A stretch of 52,575 nt of DNA, filler included, from Sphacelaria rigidula (GCA_964200075.2; 4 parts of 4 records of this genome joined end to end with filler, not necessarily neighbours in it); one strand, 5' to 3'. Shown: positions 1 to 13,559, counted from the first letter of the whole stretch. Made by a program: numbers and translations. The notes: a model not told the origin generated them from the letters alone.

Positions 1-70
1 CTCCGAGAATCGAACCCCACAACTCAACCATCAGAAGGTTGCGAGGTTACCAACTGAGCCGGCGACCGGC
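1..70 (-). mobile_element. tRNA-derived SINE head (pol III A/B boxes), partial
   Basis: The reverse complement reads gccggtcgccggctcagttggtaacctcgcaaccttctgatggttgagttgtggggttcgattctcggag. It has an A-box-like gctcagttgg and a B-box ggttcgattc. The stems are degenerate, so it is not a functional tRNA. Confidence 0.6.
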
Positions 71-1832
71 TGATATGGATATGTTATTCAATTATGCCCT
101 ATTGATTGCGTCCATACCAATTTACGGTGCCAACTCTAAGTATTATTACATTGCCAATTGGTACTGCAAACTCCAAATCCGCTTCTAGGCTGGCCCAGCT
201 CGTGTGAGTAGCTCGAGCCATCGCCATCAATCAACTGAGTACGATTTTTTTCGAAAGGGGGAAATCCGGTTCAAAATTGAATTGAGACACGATGGCCATC
301 TGTGTCAGATGGGCGTCGTACAACACACCCACAACCGGTCCACGACGGCATCGTGAGCAACCTTTTTGGCACACATACGGCCGGCCCTCTTCCAGTACCG
401 AACAGATTGACGTGGAACAAACACTCTGTACAGGTGAGCAAGAGCTAGCGCTCGGCCTCATTTACTTTTACTGTAGGTGTCTGGGCGTGTTCGCTCGGAC
501 TCGGTTGTGTAGGTGTAGCGTGTGTCACGGTCACGCCCGTGAGATTTTCAGACCTGTTTCCGACTGCGTCGAATGCGGCTCCACACCCATAGGGTAACCT
601 TCGCATTGAATTAGTTAAAACGTATTGAATTAAATTACGTAAAGTGTGGCCATGTTTGCGTTTCGAACAGCGAAAAATCTAAACAGCTGTGATTCGGTGC
701 CGAGAATATGGGGACATATCTCTTGATATACCAGGAGTTCAGCAACGATCTATAGCTTGAATGAAAGCCCTGAATATGGGAAACAGATGTACTCCATTAT
801 CTATTGCCCATCACGACGGGATCTGGCATAAACTTCTTTCGGAAGATGGAGCGAATGCTGTCCGAAATTTCAGCTTGGTGGTGTCTTCCCCAGCACATGT
901 TTTTGGCCGTTTGTTGTCTGGGTAGTTGGTACTGCTGGGACGCGCACACCGCCTTTCGGCGCTGAAGAAACACTCGATGCAGAAGAGCTCAATGTATCGG
1001 TATGTGGGTGATGTGCGGCAAAAATTGGTCGCGACATCGTGGCACGACAGTTCGATGGGAAACAACTCCTCAATGGGGAAAAAAAAGAATGAAAAAGAAA
1101 TGTTGGCGATTCAGCGCTAGTTTTCGCTGGAGTACAGTAGTAGCACGGGGCATCACGGATTGTGCCACCTTGGAGAGTCTTGCAATACGTTTCTCCCGAG
1201 AGGATATCGCCGCTATTCACGACGTTTTTCGGACGCCCACTTTTACTTTTGGAAGTATTACCGATTCGTCAAACGGTCCACGAAACACTTGGAAATATCT
1301 GAATACACACACCGACGATCTCAGAGAAACAAGGTAATATAATAATTTATTTTTTATTTTGAGCTCACCGCCAGGACAACAGCGGAGTTACCCCGCAGGA
1401 TGGACCAGGTAATGTTGTATACCAGCACATAAAGTCCTTAGAAATGGAAGGGAAAAAGGGGTGTGACTAAACCTAAATCAGGAGCGCGTCTGGCGAGCTG
1501 TTACGGAACAAGCAACGTCGTATAGAGGTCGAAGGGCGATTCGAGAAGCTTTTGCACGTAATCTCGTCTACGCTCGACAGCTCTGCCATCGATGCCATCG
1601 AACAGATGCCGGGGAACGAAGCGCTCGCGGCCGAGCCCTCGATGGAAAAGGTGAAGCAAGCATCGAGCAAGCTGACAAACGGCCAGGCTGTTGAGACTTG
1701 ATACCTGTGTGACGAGCTATTCATGCTCGGCCTCATCGAGGACTCTGCTACAATGAAGTGCCTCCACAACTTCGTGCTTACAGTGTGGCGTTTAGAAGTA
1801 GTGACACAGGAAAGTGATACTACGATGGGGGG

Positions 1833-1895
1833 CGTACTCATTTGTTGCTTGCCTTAGTCGTTTGACCATTGACCACGCATCCCTTTCGAGACGGA
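1833..1895 (-). mobile_element. 3' tail fragment of a second LINE family
   Basis: Reverse complement of the terminus seen at ~10790-10851 (ctccatctcg...gggatgcgtggtcaatggccaaacgactaaggcaagcagcaaatgagtac). Flanked by G-runs on both sides. Confidence 0.75.
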
Positions 1896-3769
1896 GGGGG
1901 GGGGGTTCCATGAAAAAAATGCACTGATAGGTGTGTCCGACGACCTAACGCACTCGCGGCACGCTTGTATTTGGGAGGAAACGGTGTCAAGCGGAATGAG
2001 TGAGTGCTATTTATCCGTACTAAGCGCGTTCGAACAACAGTTAGTTGTGCGTTCGACGGTGATTTGAAGCGGATTTTCGTGGGGAAAATGGCCCAAAATA
2101 CCCCCTCCACCCCCCCCCCCGTATCGCCGATTGGCTCACGAATGGAAATAAGTTGTCATCACGGTGCTGTTCAAGAATGAGGACTCGCATAAATGTGGTA
2201 ACTACCGTGGCATCTCCCTAGGGTCCCACGAGAGCAAGGTGGTTCTCAAGACAGTTACAATTCGCCTCAGCGAATATTACGAGTGAAAGAGAATCCTCCC
2301 AGAAGCTCAACGCGATTTCCGACCCCGCCGGTCGACAGTCGACATGATATACGTTGTACGCAGACGTCAAAAACTGGCCAGAGAGAAGAATCTTCCGCTG
2401 TACATGTGTTTCATCGACCTCCGGGAGGCGTACGATTCAGTCGACTACACTCTCCTATGAAAGGTGCTTGCACGAGACGGCGTTCCCGTCAAGGTGGTTA
2501 CCGTCATCAGCCAACTCCACGATGGCATGCGGGCGTGCGGACGCCGTGACAGCGGCGAAACTTCAGAGTGTTTGGACGTTAACCAGGGCCGCTGCCAAAG
2601 CTGTGAGATTGCCCACGTGTTCAGCATCTTATTCGCGGTATTGGTGAAGGTGGCGTTCGACCGCTTCTCGATCGGTGAGGCTGCGGTGGGTGACTTCATT
2701 CGCATCGCTACCAGGGTGGGAACACCACGGACCTGCTTTGCGAGGTGCTTTGGGTCATGCCGCACGCCGACGACGCTGGCATCGCGTCGTGATCTCAACC
2801 AAGCCTGACAAAGATGATTACGCCCACGTCGAAGTCTGTGCGGCATTTGGTCTCGCTGTGGCGGAAAAGAAGACAGTAACCATACACATGCGGGAGTGAA
2901 GGCGGACGTGATTGAGGTGGAGGCGGCAGGCCAAAGGTGCGAGCGCGTGGAGTCTTTTCGTCTATCTCGGCGGCACCATCAACAGCATCGGCGATGTCAC
3001 TACTAACGTCAACCGTGGCATTGGACAGGCCTGGAAGTGCTTCATCAACTACAGCAGACTGATATACGACAACGCGTGCATTGCCCTGGGCGGAAATGCT
3101 CGTTTCCTGAGGGCAGAAGTGACTGAGATAATGCTCTACGACTGCGTGATTCAAACATTCTCACCCAATCAGCCTGTTGCGCGAAGCCCACCCCGGGTTA
3201 CTGCTGAGGTACCGCAAGGAGCATATCTTGACGCACAGCGCCCCGCACTACCTTATGATGCCTGCCGCCAGGTTCTCGAGAGAACTGGCTGCGATTGCAT
3301 GGAGACCACCCGTGCCGAGGCAAACCTTACTGTACGCCGGCCACGTCGCGCGCAAGCATGACGAGCGCCTCCCCGACATCGTCATGCGTGGAGAAATGGT
3401 CGTAGAGGAGAAGGAGACAGGCCAATTCGCGAAACGCTTGCAACACCGTGCCCCTGAGTACTGCTTCACCTTCGGAATAGGTGCGACATGACGGACGCAA
3501 ATTGCGCAAAATGGTCCCGGATCGTACCAGGTCGTAGGGGAAGGAGCTAGGAAGGGCATGGCGGATTGGACCAACGCGCGCAATGCAAATGAACTTTTTG
3601 TTGTGCCAATAGAATTCCCCCTGTGTCTATCGCAGATCGCTGGAACATAACGAGTAGCCCATCAAGTAGTGTACTCGCTCGTGTGTCTGCCGTCTTCCTG
3701 AAAATGTCGATCTTTCTTTCCGTGAGTACCTGGGGATTTTGTTCGACCCTCCCTTGATGATTGATGCTA

Positions 3770-4004
3770 CGGTAGGGGTGCACAAATATTTCATGAGGTT
3801 AGAATTGTTAGGAGCCCTTGATCTCATCCAAAACACGACTTATGAAAATATGCGAGAGTACGCCGGGGTCACTATTCCAATGTGCTGGGGATGTCCCGGC
3901 TGAATGTGCAGACGGGGATGTCCCGACCCACATTCTTGTGCATCTAGAATCGTTAGGAGCCCCTGAACTAGACAAGATTTCGCGCAAAAAGTGCATCCCT
4001 ACCG
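3770..4004. mobile_element. Tc1/mariner-type MITE
   Basis: TA|cggtaggggtgcac ... gtgcatccctaccg|TA: the terminal inverted repeats match at 13/14 nt and both ends are flanked by TA. An internal direct repeat tagaat(t/c)gttaggagccc is also present. Confidence 0.65.
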
Positions 4005-7000
4005 TAGCGTTGCTCTGGTCTCCATTTGACGTCTATCTCTTTTTGAATAATTTTTATTTTACTTTGTTTTCGGAGTCTTAGACGAAGCCGCTCAATGGGC
4101 GCTTCTATCTTATGCAAAGGAGAGTGATGACGGCACTGGAAAGCGAGAGCCCACGTCTGTGACCACGGGTTCGAGAGACCAGACCAATGTGCGATAATGA
4201 TAATGATCTCAGAGAAACACGGTAGTATGATTTCGGGGTGAGAAAACGTTCACCCGGCCTCAAGTCACACCGGGCACACTAAAGATGGAAAGAGTGCGCT
4301 GGAGCCCTCGAAGAGAGTGCAGCGACAAGTCTTTCGAAGGTGGCACAACCCGCCGAACCCCTTATTATGGCGAAAATTCGCACTGAAATCGCTATATTAG
4401 TCTTTTGAGAGTTTGTTTCATACTTCGAAGTACTACAAAAAGAAGCAGCATCGGACGAGTTGTCCGTCTCTCGGTCCCATGCCAAGGAAGGACCCCGCAT
4501 GAATGAACGGCAGAATGGTGCTGGCTGCACGTGAATGTCGTTCAAAACTACGGTAGATATTTTTCTCGTGACCTCTTTGTGGAACGGAAGGGCAGTCGGA
4601 AAGGCAAGGGCGTGATCGACCGGTAACTATATACTTCCTCTGTGCCATGGGTCACGTATTTACGCATGCGCGGGCCCTTAACCGTGTCCGATGCGAAAGC
4701 GATAATTTTAATAAAATAGTTTGCGGTTTTCAGGTGAAATTGTTTTTGTTGTGTTTCCAGCTCGCGCATTACCCTGTATGGGCTAACAGTCGAGAAATAA
4801 TTATGCCGCCCGGTGATGGTGGTAATTTACCCCTATTCCACCGCACAAGGAAGGTGGAGTAAGAAAAAAAAAAGGTAAGCAGAAAACTCCTGTGCTGACC
4901 TCCCTCCTGTGCGACCCCGGCAGATGCGTTCACATGTTGCGAATGGTAGACTGGCGACCAAAATACATGGGATACCAAGGTAATCACAACACATTTCGGG
5001 GGGGGGTGGACATACAAAAAGGAAAAGTTAACCGCCATCGCCATCGCTGGAACTTGATACTATTAGTAGATAGTCCCAACTCTCAGTCAAGGCCTCCTGA
5101 TCGTATTTCACCACCCTTTCCAACGTTCCAGCCCTCTGCCGCGCCGATACCCCGGTACGCTCCGCACTGACCTCCTGAAAATCCTCAAATTTCGGCCCCA
5201 ATTTTCTCAGTAATAGTACACACAAATAAATGAATACATCGACTGTAGAAATGATCAAGCAGGAGATACATAAATGGGCTATTCGTTGCGTGGCTTCGTT
5301 GCAACATGTATTCTAGATCACAGTCACACGGTTTGTTGCCAGGAGGAACTACCTGCTTCATGTCTGCAGTGATCTGCTGTTGTATCTGCGCAGACAGCCG
5401 GACAGCTGTGTTGTGTTTGGAAAATCGCTCAGGGTTTAAATCCTTGCTGTTGCGGGGGTCGTCAGCGGCAGTAGATCGCTGTCGAACAAAACAAGAGGCA
5501 CTCAAACGCTCAATGCCAGGTTTGCATATATCAAGTACGCTTGCTTTCTGTCAGTCGTGCGCTCAGATACACTCAACAAACCACGAGCTGCAGACATTAC
5601 CTATCGTACAGACCGTGCCGTAGCGTGCAGCTTGTGCAGCACAGCAGGCAGGTAGGTTACTACTTCGAAGTACTGGATTTTTCTGCTCTTCACTTCGAAA
5701 GCAATTCAAGTTCTCCTGGGTTTGTCTGCAAACGGCGACTGCATTTGACGCCAACAGCACAACCCACTACTGCCGACACACATACGCAATCTAAGAAGAC
5801 TACGCGAAGGGTATTCGGGGGTTGTGCATACAGTAGCTTACTCCATCGTTCGGTGTGGTGCCGATATGTTGCCTGCAGTGGGTGCGCTAGTGATGCATCT
5901 CTCTCCAAGCAGACAAGAAATCGCTGTCCAAACCGCCCTGCGGCTCACACGGCTGCGCCATCAATTCAACAGCGCCGCGGCACCTCCCCGCCATACTTCT
6001 CTCTTCTGTGAGCTCTGATTGGCTATGCACATCAATGCACATCAATAATTTTTTGGGTTGCCAGGCGTTCTGTAAATTATGTCTTGAAAACTATACGGGT
6101 CCTTTACTTTAATCAAGTCGCGCACATCAATGCATAGGTTACCCTATGAGCGTGGAGACGCTGCACCGCTTGCGCACATACGTGTCAATCACGCCTTCCC
6201 GCCAGTTTGCAACTCCAATTAATTTTAAAACGTGGTTTTCGAGACAATGGAACGCTGATAACTAGGCACTTCCCGCTAGATTGGAACTCCAATTCATTTG
6301 AAAACATGATCGTGGAGACGATGGGACGCTAAAAATATCGCAGCCATGCCCTCCAAACCGTCTTCGCAGTGCGTGAACACACCGCAATACAGTAGAACAG
6401 TAACAGTTCTGACATATGAGAGAGGGCGTGAGTGTGCTTTTGCTGCCGTGTGGCGAGACAGGACATGTCCCCCATGTTTTAGTCCACCGCCTGATGTTGG
6501 GCAGTCCTCAAATTTGGGTGAGTGCCGAGCTTGAACGCTCGGCCAATAGTCACGCTTCTTTCAAGTCATTTTGGGTTACCCTTATTTGTGAGTTGGAGGT
6601 CTAACATGTATTGCGGGCGTCGCCCGCTAATTTAATCAAGTAGATTCTGTATCGTTAGATCTTCAATTTGTTTGAAACTCGAAAAGCGGTTCTACCTTGG
6701 TTCTAAGCTGTTCTATTGTTGTACAGAAAGTAGACCCCAACCTGCTGTATTGGCCCCGCTGTACATGGGCCACGTGTATTGCGTGTCGCACCTGGATTCA
6801 CGCGGCCAAAACATAGCCTCACACTCTCGCATGGCTTCAACAGACACGCTTTATCACTGCTGGAGGTGGTGGCGGTGGTGACAGACATCGATCATGTGAC
6901 AGGACAGATTGCAGATTGACAATGGGAAGTCGGTGTATGTTCGGACGAAAGGTCATACTCCAGTTTTGTAAGAACAATCATGTGTTCCCCACGTGTGCCC

Positions 7001-7758
7001 TGGTGCGCGAGAACCCGAGAACCAAGCCTAGAACTGACTCTTCAGCTGCTTCATGCAGGTACATTCGTCTACGCCACATGGCATTTAGGGAAAGTAGACT
7101 TGAAGCGCGTTTACAGCATATTTTCGTCCACCTCACTGCATGAATACGGCCCCGGGTGATATCTAGAACACTACTACGCCTGCAAACCCACATCCCATGC
7201 CAGCACATGAGCAACGATCAATATCCATGGTCTGTGATCGGTAGATGCAGTAGGTAGGGAACTGAAGATGCGAAAAGCGAAACGACGTGTAGCACCCACA
7301 CTCAGTCCTCAAGTACAATTGACTGCAAGAAGCTAGGGTGATGATTGAGGTCATTATGAGTATTTAAGCTCAAAAAGCTACGTGTCCCATCGTTTTCTTC
7401 GTGTGATGCTGTATGTGGCGAGCAATAACTGATCGAAGCGATCCACGATGTTGAACTCTGCGTATACTGTTCTTCTCTCGTGTGAGGTCATGATTTTTGC
7501 AGGGAGGTGTGCGGCGCAATCATGGAACTATACCTTATATACCAACCGCCTTTTATTCTAGATTCTAGACAAAGGTTATGACATACACGTGTCATAATCT
7601 TTTATTCTAGACCTTTGCAGATCATGAGATAGGCACAGGTCCGAAGCCCAGCTGTCTTGCTTTGATTTGCCCCACCCTACTCACAACATTTTACAAGAAG
7701 TGATAATCAGAGCAGAGCAGCATTTGGCCACGGACAGGAGAGTTTAGATCGCAAAGCA

Positions 7759-7836
7759 ATGGGGAGGAACTACTACGATGTGCTTGGTGTGCCCAAGAAT
7801 GCTACAGAGGCAGATATCAAGAAAGCCTACAAAAAG
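7759..7836 (+). CDS. dnaJ: Class II DnaJ/Hsp40 (DNAJB/Sis1-like), exon 1: MGRNYYDVLGVPKNATEADIKKAYKK
   Basis: Classic J-domain N-terminus starting at ATG 7759 and ending at an AAG|gtcagt donor (phase 0). The ORF track misses it because it is short. Confidence 0.92.
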
Positions 7837-10019
7837 GTCAGTCCAGCCTACGCAGCATCGCACAGATAATGGTAACGCGGGAGTAGAGACAGTGCAGTCC
7901 AGCGTCATTCTGTAATGACGGGGTATTACACCCCCATTTGAAGAATGTCTTCATCTCGCCTGTTCTTGCGAAGAAAAACACTGCAATCCCCAAGGGGCTC
8001 CGGTTATGATATTGCATACTTGTATTATTCCCATGAGTACAACGTGCGGTAATGTGACTACCGCTCTATGAATTCATGAAGTGTCTCATCTGGAGGGTAT
8101 TCTACGTGATCAACTGCATTATCGAGATCTAGACTGTTCCACGCAAACATTACGGTTTGTGGAATGACACCGTGTCTAAAACATTCCGGCGACCCGTGAG
8201 AGAGGAGCCATCACAACCGAACATACACTGCCTCTTCATGAGAGGATTAGCCTCTTGTGCACGATGTAATCACCTCCAATTGATAGCCGTGCAGCATCGT
8301 TCTTCAGCTGCGCATGGCTGTCAAGCAAAAAGTAACATTGGTCGTCTGAAGTAGGCTTGTATATGATGGTTGACATTTTGACATTTACTCTTCACACCTG
8401 AGGCCACATCTCCAAGTAACGGTTAAAACTGGACAAATTAGAAATCCAATTAAAAAGTTCCGCTATTATGTGAAGGATTACCCCCCTCTTTGATGTCGCG
8501 GGCTTGACGACATGCGCCAAGTCGGCAACATTTGCCGTTTTCTCTTGGAATTCAGCGCGTTTTACCGATCCTTCGCTAACTTTCAGCCGGACTTGCAACC
8601 GCTCACTCAAGACGAAGAAGAAATATATATTTTCGTAAGTTCCCGTAGGGTTTCGGAGTTTCGTGGAATGAACAACTACGAGAGATATTTTTAATTCGTC
8701 TTATCTTGTATTACTCGTATCAATTGCTGTGTTGGTCAGGCCACAGGTAAAACTGAGGCTGCCCCTCAGATTTTTTTTCGATCGAAAAAGTGCGGTGCGA
8801 AAAAAATCTGATGAGTCATGTCGTCCCGATACATGCTTACGGTGATCAAACGACGTTCGCGGGGAGGCGCACAAACTTCGATGACGTGAAAATTTCCGCA
8901 GAGACCGAGGAAACCGACGTTGAAATGCGGTACATGAGGAAGGGGGCACTCGAGTTCGCATACCGTACTTGGCGGGCTGTGCGGTACTGCAGCAGTGCGG
9001 CGTTGATGCATCATGCGAACAGATCTTAGCATCAACGGAAATCGTCCAGCGCCCGTCTCGGGCTTCCCAAGGATGTTCCCCGCCATACACTATACATGAA
9101 GTGCCCTGTTGACCTGTGTACCTATTCTTCAACGGATGTTTCAGATTTGCGCTGTCTCGGATACTTCTATCTCGTGGATAATGACCACAGCTGGGTGATG
9201 ATCCCTGGGGGTCAGATGAAGTGCGACAATTACACTGTACTTCCCCGACGAGAAATGAACTACAGTATTGTAAAGTTGAGCACAGTACCCCGATACGTCA
9301 AGATGTAGATTTTTCGAGATCTGCATCTGAATTTTCGAATACAAGAAAAAAATGCACTTTTTTTGCTGTTTTTGCCTCCCGTAGCCCGGTGGGAGCATGT
9401 CTGAGGGCGATCGGAATGAGTCGCTCTGAATGATGACAGAAACATCCAAATGCGGTTTGAAAGAACCCTTCCTACCAGCTAGTGGAACCAAGTCACCTGT
9501 GACGTCCTTTTCACCAGGTTAGATATTCTCTCGAGACGAGTGAGCGCATTTTGAAAGGCTGACACGTGGGGTTGATATGCCAAAAATTGTTTTACAACCG
9601 TGTACCTCATTTCTAAAAAATATATGGATCTCGTATCTTCCGTCGCCTTCACCTCCATGTTTTTTCCGAATGCGATGTGCTTGTAGGCTCGACATGCATG
9701 CCACATTCATTCCATCAGTCTGGTGCGTCAGTCAGGAAGAACATACACAAAATCCGCCGATATTTAGTTATCCGGGGTGTCTCCCCCACCGTAGGTACCA
9801 TCCGTATCATTGACTCACAAACTGCGACCGCAGCAAAATGGGATTGCAACGTATCCGAATCGAATTGCTCGCAGTGCATTCAGCCACCTTGCCCGTACCA
9901 ACAGACGTATCGTAGCCGTAATGGATGACGGCCCACTTAGTCACCAATTAACGTTTGCACTCTATTTCAAACAAAATCTGACCCTTGCCCCCCCCCTGGA
10001 TGCTCGAAAACGACGAGTA

Positions 10020-10885
10020 GTACAGCATTGAGGGTACAGTTGTGAGTGAACTCACTTGGGACAGAAACATGGGCAAGTTGCGATGGCAATATAGCGTAGA
10101 GAACATGCGGAGAAAGAGATTGCCAGCTATAGTTGATAGGGCTGTATGGAAGAAAAGTACAAAAGGGCAGGCTGCTATAAGGTGGGATGGAGAAGTCGAT
10201 CAGGTGTGAAAAAGATAGGAGGAAACCAAGACGAAATACTGTAAATAGGTGAAGGCGCAGGGTACATGGTAAAAATAAGGGGAAGGTGCCCCGACGCAAA
10301 GTAGACGAGGAAGAACACCTGCGAATATACCGGGGGTTAGGAGAGGGGATAGGGATGAAAAAATATTCGCAGGGCACAAAGGACGCTGCGAAAAGTATAA
10401 AAACGGGATTTCGGGTGGGGGACCTGGACCTGCCAGAAAGAGGAAATAGATATACCAGTTGTCGAGAGGAGGAGGATGTAGATGGACAGAACTGTCCCTG
10501 TGGTAGAACAAGAGAGAGCAAAAATCATGAAGTGACAAAATGTGAACCATACAAGGAGGAGAGAGACGTGCTAGAGGGGGAATGCGGAATGTAAACGAAG
10601 GTGGCACGAAATCGTTTAATGCATTAGACAGTAGGAAGAAAATGATTGCTACACTGGGAGAAAAACGGTGGCCACAGACGGCGAAACAGTACGGGGACAA
10701 GATATGTGAAGGTTTTCGTGTAATGCATGAGATAAACGTGATGAGAGCCAGAATGTTGAAGGCCTCTCTACAGGCAGTAGGAACGGTGCTCCATCTCGCA
10801 AGGGATGCGTGGTCAATGGCCAAACGACTAAGGCAAGCAGCAAATGAGTACCCCTTCCTCCCCTCCCCTCCCCCCTACCCCCCCG
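10020..10885 (+). mobile_element. 3' portion of a LINE (C-terminal Cys/His knuckle and 3' tail) inside DnaJ intron 1
   Basis: Frameshifted 'HLRIYRGLGEGIGMKKY...FRVGDLDLPER...NCPCGRTRESKNHEVTKCEPYKEERDVL'. The terminal sequence is shared with three other copies in the window and ends in a C-rich tract. Confidence 0.7.
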
Positions 10886-10930
10886 CACGCGCATCACAAA
10901 TACAACACAACACGAAATGCATTTTTACAG

Positions 10931-11291
10931 GCAGCGCTGAAGTTTCATCCCGATCGACCGGGGGGGGACAAGGTAAAATTCCAGGAAGTTTCTGAGGCCT
11001 TCGAGGTCCTCAGCGATAGCAAGAAGAAGCAGCTGTACGACCAGTTCGGAGAGGCGGGGCTCGGCGCGGCCGGCGGCGCGCAGGACGATGACCCCATGCC
11101 CGGCGGGGGCGCAAATCCCTCCGCCGGCATGGGCATGGGCGGCGGGATGCCTGGGGGAGCGCAGACGTTCACGTTCCGAACAACGCATGGCGGCGGGGGT
11201 GGGGGTGGGTTCCACGGGAGCGATCCGTTCAGCGTTTTCGAGTCGATATTCGGGACGATGGATGTCGACCAAGCCATGGGCAGTGCTGAAG
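10931..11291 (+). CDS. dnaJ: DnaJ exon 2 (HPD motif, helices III-IV, G/F-rich region)
   Basis: ttttacag| acceptor, then AALKFHPDRPGGDKVKFQEVSEAFEVLSDSKKKQLYDQFGEAGL...DPFSVFESIFG. Ends at a G|gtgagg donor (phase 1). Confidence 0.93.
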
Positions 11292-12477
11292 GTGAGGGAG
11301 GCGAGCAACGTAGTCTGCCCCTTCCTATTTTTCTTCTTGTGCAGGAGTTGGGAGATTGCTGCGCTTTTCCGTTGGGGCAACGCAGATCTGAAGTTGGAGA
11401 AGTGTTCATATCCTGAAACATGCCCTGTTAAAACGCGCATGTGATTGTATCCCACGACACACGTGCGTGTGGAGGGTGTCGACGATGGATGACAATTTTA
11501 TACACCCTGGACAAGGTGTGGTCATCGATTGCAATAGATGTACTGCGGAAAGTATTGGACTAATGCAACTACAGTCGCGCGATAAGAGTTGCAATAGGCC
11601 CAGACTTCACGCAGTATAATCTAATGTTGCAATTATTGGCCATGTAGTACCCACGGTGTGCAATGTTGGGGATCTAAGTTCTGCTACTCGTGTACTTGTC
11701 ATGTCTATGCTTTCACGTGTGCCGTGAAAACCATCTACAGTGGTGTACTTCGTACAAACTAGATGAGTGCGATTCTCAGTACGGTACAACTGTGAGAACG
11801 ACGCTGTCTTACATTTATTATCTGTAGCTTTACCGTTTTGCGCTGTGCTGTGCTGTGTTCTGCCACGCTGCGCTGCGCTCTGTGATAGCGCAGAGTATAC
11901 CCGATCGATGTGTACACCCCTCTGTGTCATGTAAAAAATACATCCGGCATTTGTTGGGCGTGCGATAGACTGTACTGTTTCAGTCACGTAAACACATAGA
12001 CTTCGTACATATGGTACATACACCTAGGAAGTGCTGCACGCAAACCGACCACTGAGTATCACATATTGTGCGCGTGTGTGTTTGTGTTTGGTGTACACGT
12101 CCGGCATTGAAATCAATCCCCACCGACGAGCACACCGCTCCCACGAAAAGACTGGACACCACCCGCGCTATGCCCGCGTCCTGCTTGCGCAGGGTCTATC
12201 AAATCCGTCAATGTAGTGTGAAGCACACGCTAGCGGCTGCTCTCAGACAAAGATGAACCTCGCTTTGGTCATATATAATAGATCTATTGATCGTGGGGGA
12301 TGACTCCTCGCGGGTGTAATCTCGGGGATGGTGATGATTTTGTAACCCCTGGAGCGTCCGGAAGGCCTCCTCTACACTGGGACGTTGTACGTGAAGGTTT
12401 TGTACACCCGTTGATACGTCTTATTGCACACCCTCCGCCCCCCGCATCCTGTATTCGTTACACACCGCAACATACAG

Positions 12478-12701
12478 GCGGTACAGGCGGTTTCAGCAGT
12501 TTTCCTGTCCAGATGGGCGGGATGAGGATGGGAGGTATGCCGGGCGGGATGACAATGAACATGGGTGGCGGGGGAATGGGGATGTCCTCGGGAGCTTCGG
12601 CGGCGCCCACGCGCCAGCCACCGCCGATAGAGCACACGCTCAACTTGTCGCTGGAGGAGCTGTACACGGGCACTTCCAAGAGGATGAGGATAACTAAGAA
12701 G
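12478..12701 (+). CDS. dnaJ: DnaJ exon 3 (G/M-rich linker and start of the C-terminal substrate-binding domain); gene truncated by the block end
   Basis: The catacag|GC acceptor completes phase 1. The exon reads ...PPIEHTLNLSLEELYTGTSKRMRITKK and ends at AAG|gtttgt. There is no zinc-finger region between the G/F region and the CTD, which indicates class II. Confidence 0.9.
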
Positions 12702-13069
12702 GTTTGTCTGAGTGAGCTTCCTCCTCCATCGTTGCGTGCGTTCGTGGGCGCGCGTCTGTGGAGGTTACCTTTCACATTTTTCAACCATTTCTCGTCCTGT
12801 TGTCTTCGTTACATCTTATCGATCAATCATGATGACTAGACTACACCACTGTACTCTTTCCCATCTACTACCTCGTGTTCTGCACAACAAAAACCATCGG
12901 TTATTATTTTCGCATCTGGTGTGTACTTTTGCTAATGCTTTTTCATGAGCGCGCGGGTGCAACACTTTTTCCCTGATTTTCTTTCGCACGTTGTATTTTT
13001 TTTTTTTTATTTTAGTTTTGCAGAAATCTTTATAAATCCTAAATAGCAATTTACATCTATAGAACTTTT

Positions 13070-13169
13070 NNNNNNNNNNNNNNNNNNNNNNNNNNNNNNN
13101 NNNNNNNNNNNNNTTAATTAATTAANNNNNNNNNNNNNNNNNNNNNNNNNNNNNNNNNNNNNNNNNNNN
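13070..13169. other. Artificial linker/gap (N44-TTAATTAATTAA-N44)
   Basis: N runs around a spacer with stop codons in all six frames. Confidence 0.97.
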
Positions 13170-13244
13170 GGGGGTGGGGGGGGGGTACTTGTAATCTTGC
13201 TTGCCGTAGTCATGTGATCGTTGACCTCGTATTCTTCCAAAGCC

Positions 13245-13330
13245 GAGACGGAGCATGCCGGGTTTTCATCGGCGCAGGCTCTCATTCAACCACCAAGCGC
13301 GAAGCGCCGTGATATGTTCGGCGAGTCGGA
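13245..13330. repeat. Dispersed repeat, with further copies at ~17790-17868, ~23335-23410 (inverted) and ~35815-35875
   Basis: Shared core ggagca(t/c)gccggg...caagcg(c/t)gaag...cgtgat(a/g)tgttcggcgagtc. Confidence 0.6.
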
Positions 13331-13559
13331 GGGTAGACCGCAGTCGCGGGAGGTGGCGACGCAGAGAAAGATGGCTGTTTCATCTCAGGCAGAGGCGGCG
13401 GCTTTGTCCGGGAAACACCATGTGGAGAAGAGTGGAGACACCACGGCCGGCATAGATGATGGACGACGAAAAAGCATTCTGTGACAGGCCGACCGACGGT
13501 TGGAGGGGGGAAATGTTGCAAGCGAGGGTGCGGGAGTGGTGCAGATGATGGGAGCGGGG

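Larger units (their letters stand above)
1337..4204 (+). mobile_element. Decayed non-LTR retrotransposon (LINE, RTE-like RT ORF2 remnants), interrupted by nested insertions
   Basis: Frameshifted RT-region motifs: '[22 protein letters not shown]' (~2155-2220), 'YMCFIDLREAYDSVD' (~2400-2445), 'VISQLHDGMRA', 'FVYLGGTI...GQAWKCF' and 'YAGHVARKHDERLPDIVMRGE'. The span is bounded by a 20-nt direct repeat (1317-1336 and 4205-4224), with a short gataatgataat tail just before the second copy. Confidence 0.8.

Noticed and set aside
1..70. Functional tRNA gene
   Set aside because: It has A/B boxes but no well-paired cloverleaf; a SINE head fits better.
5185..7354. Divergent gene upstream of DnaJ (minus-strand ORFs 5185-5505 and 7163-7354)
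   Set aside because: I found no recognisable domain and could not build a consistent splice chain.
13114..13125. TTAATTAATTAA as a biological motif
   Set aside because: It is a synthetic six-frame-stop spacer embedded in N runs.
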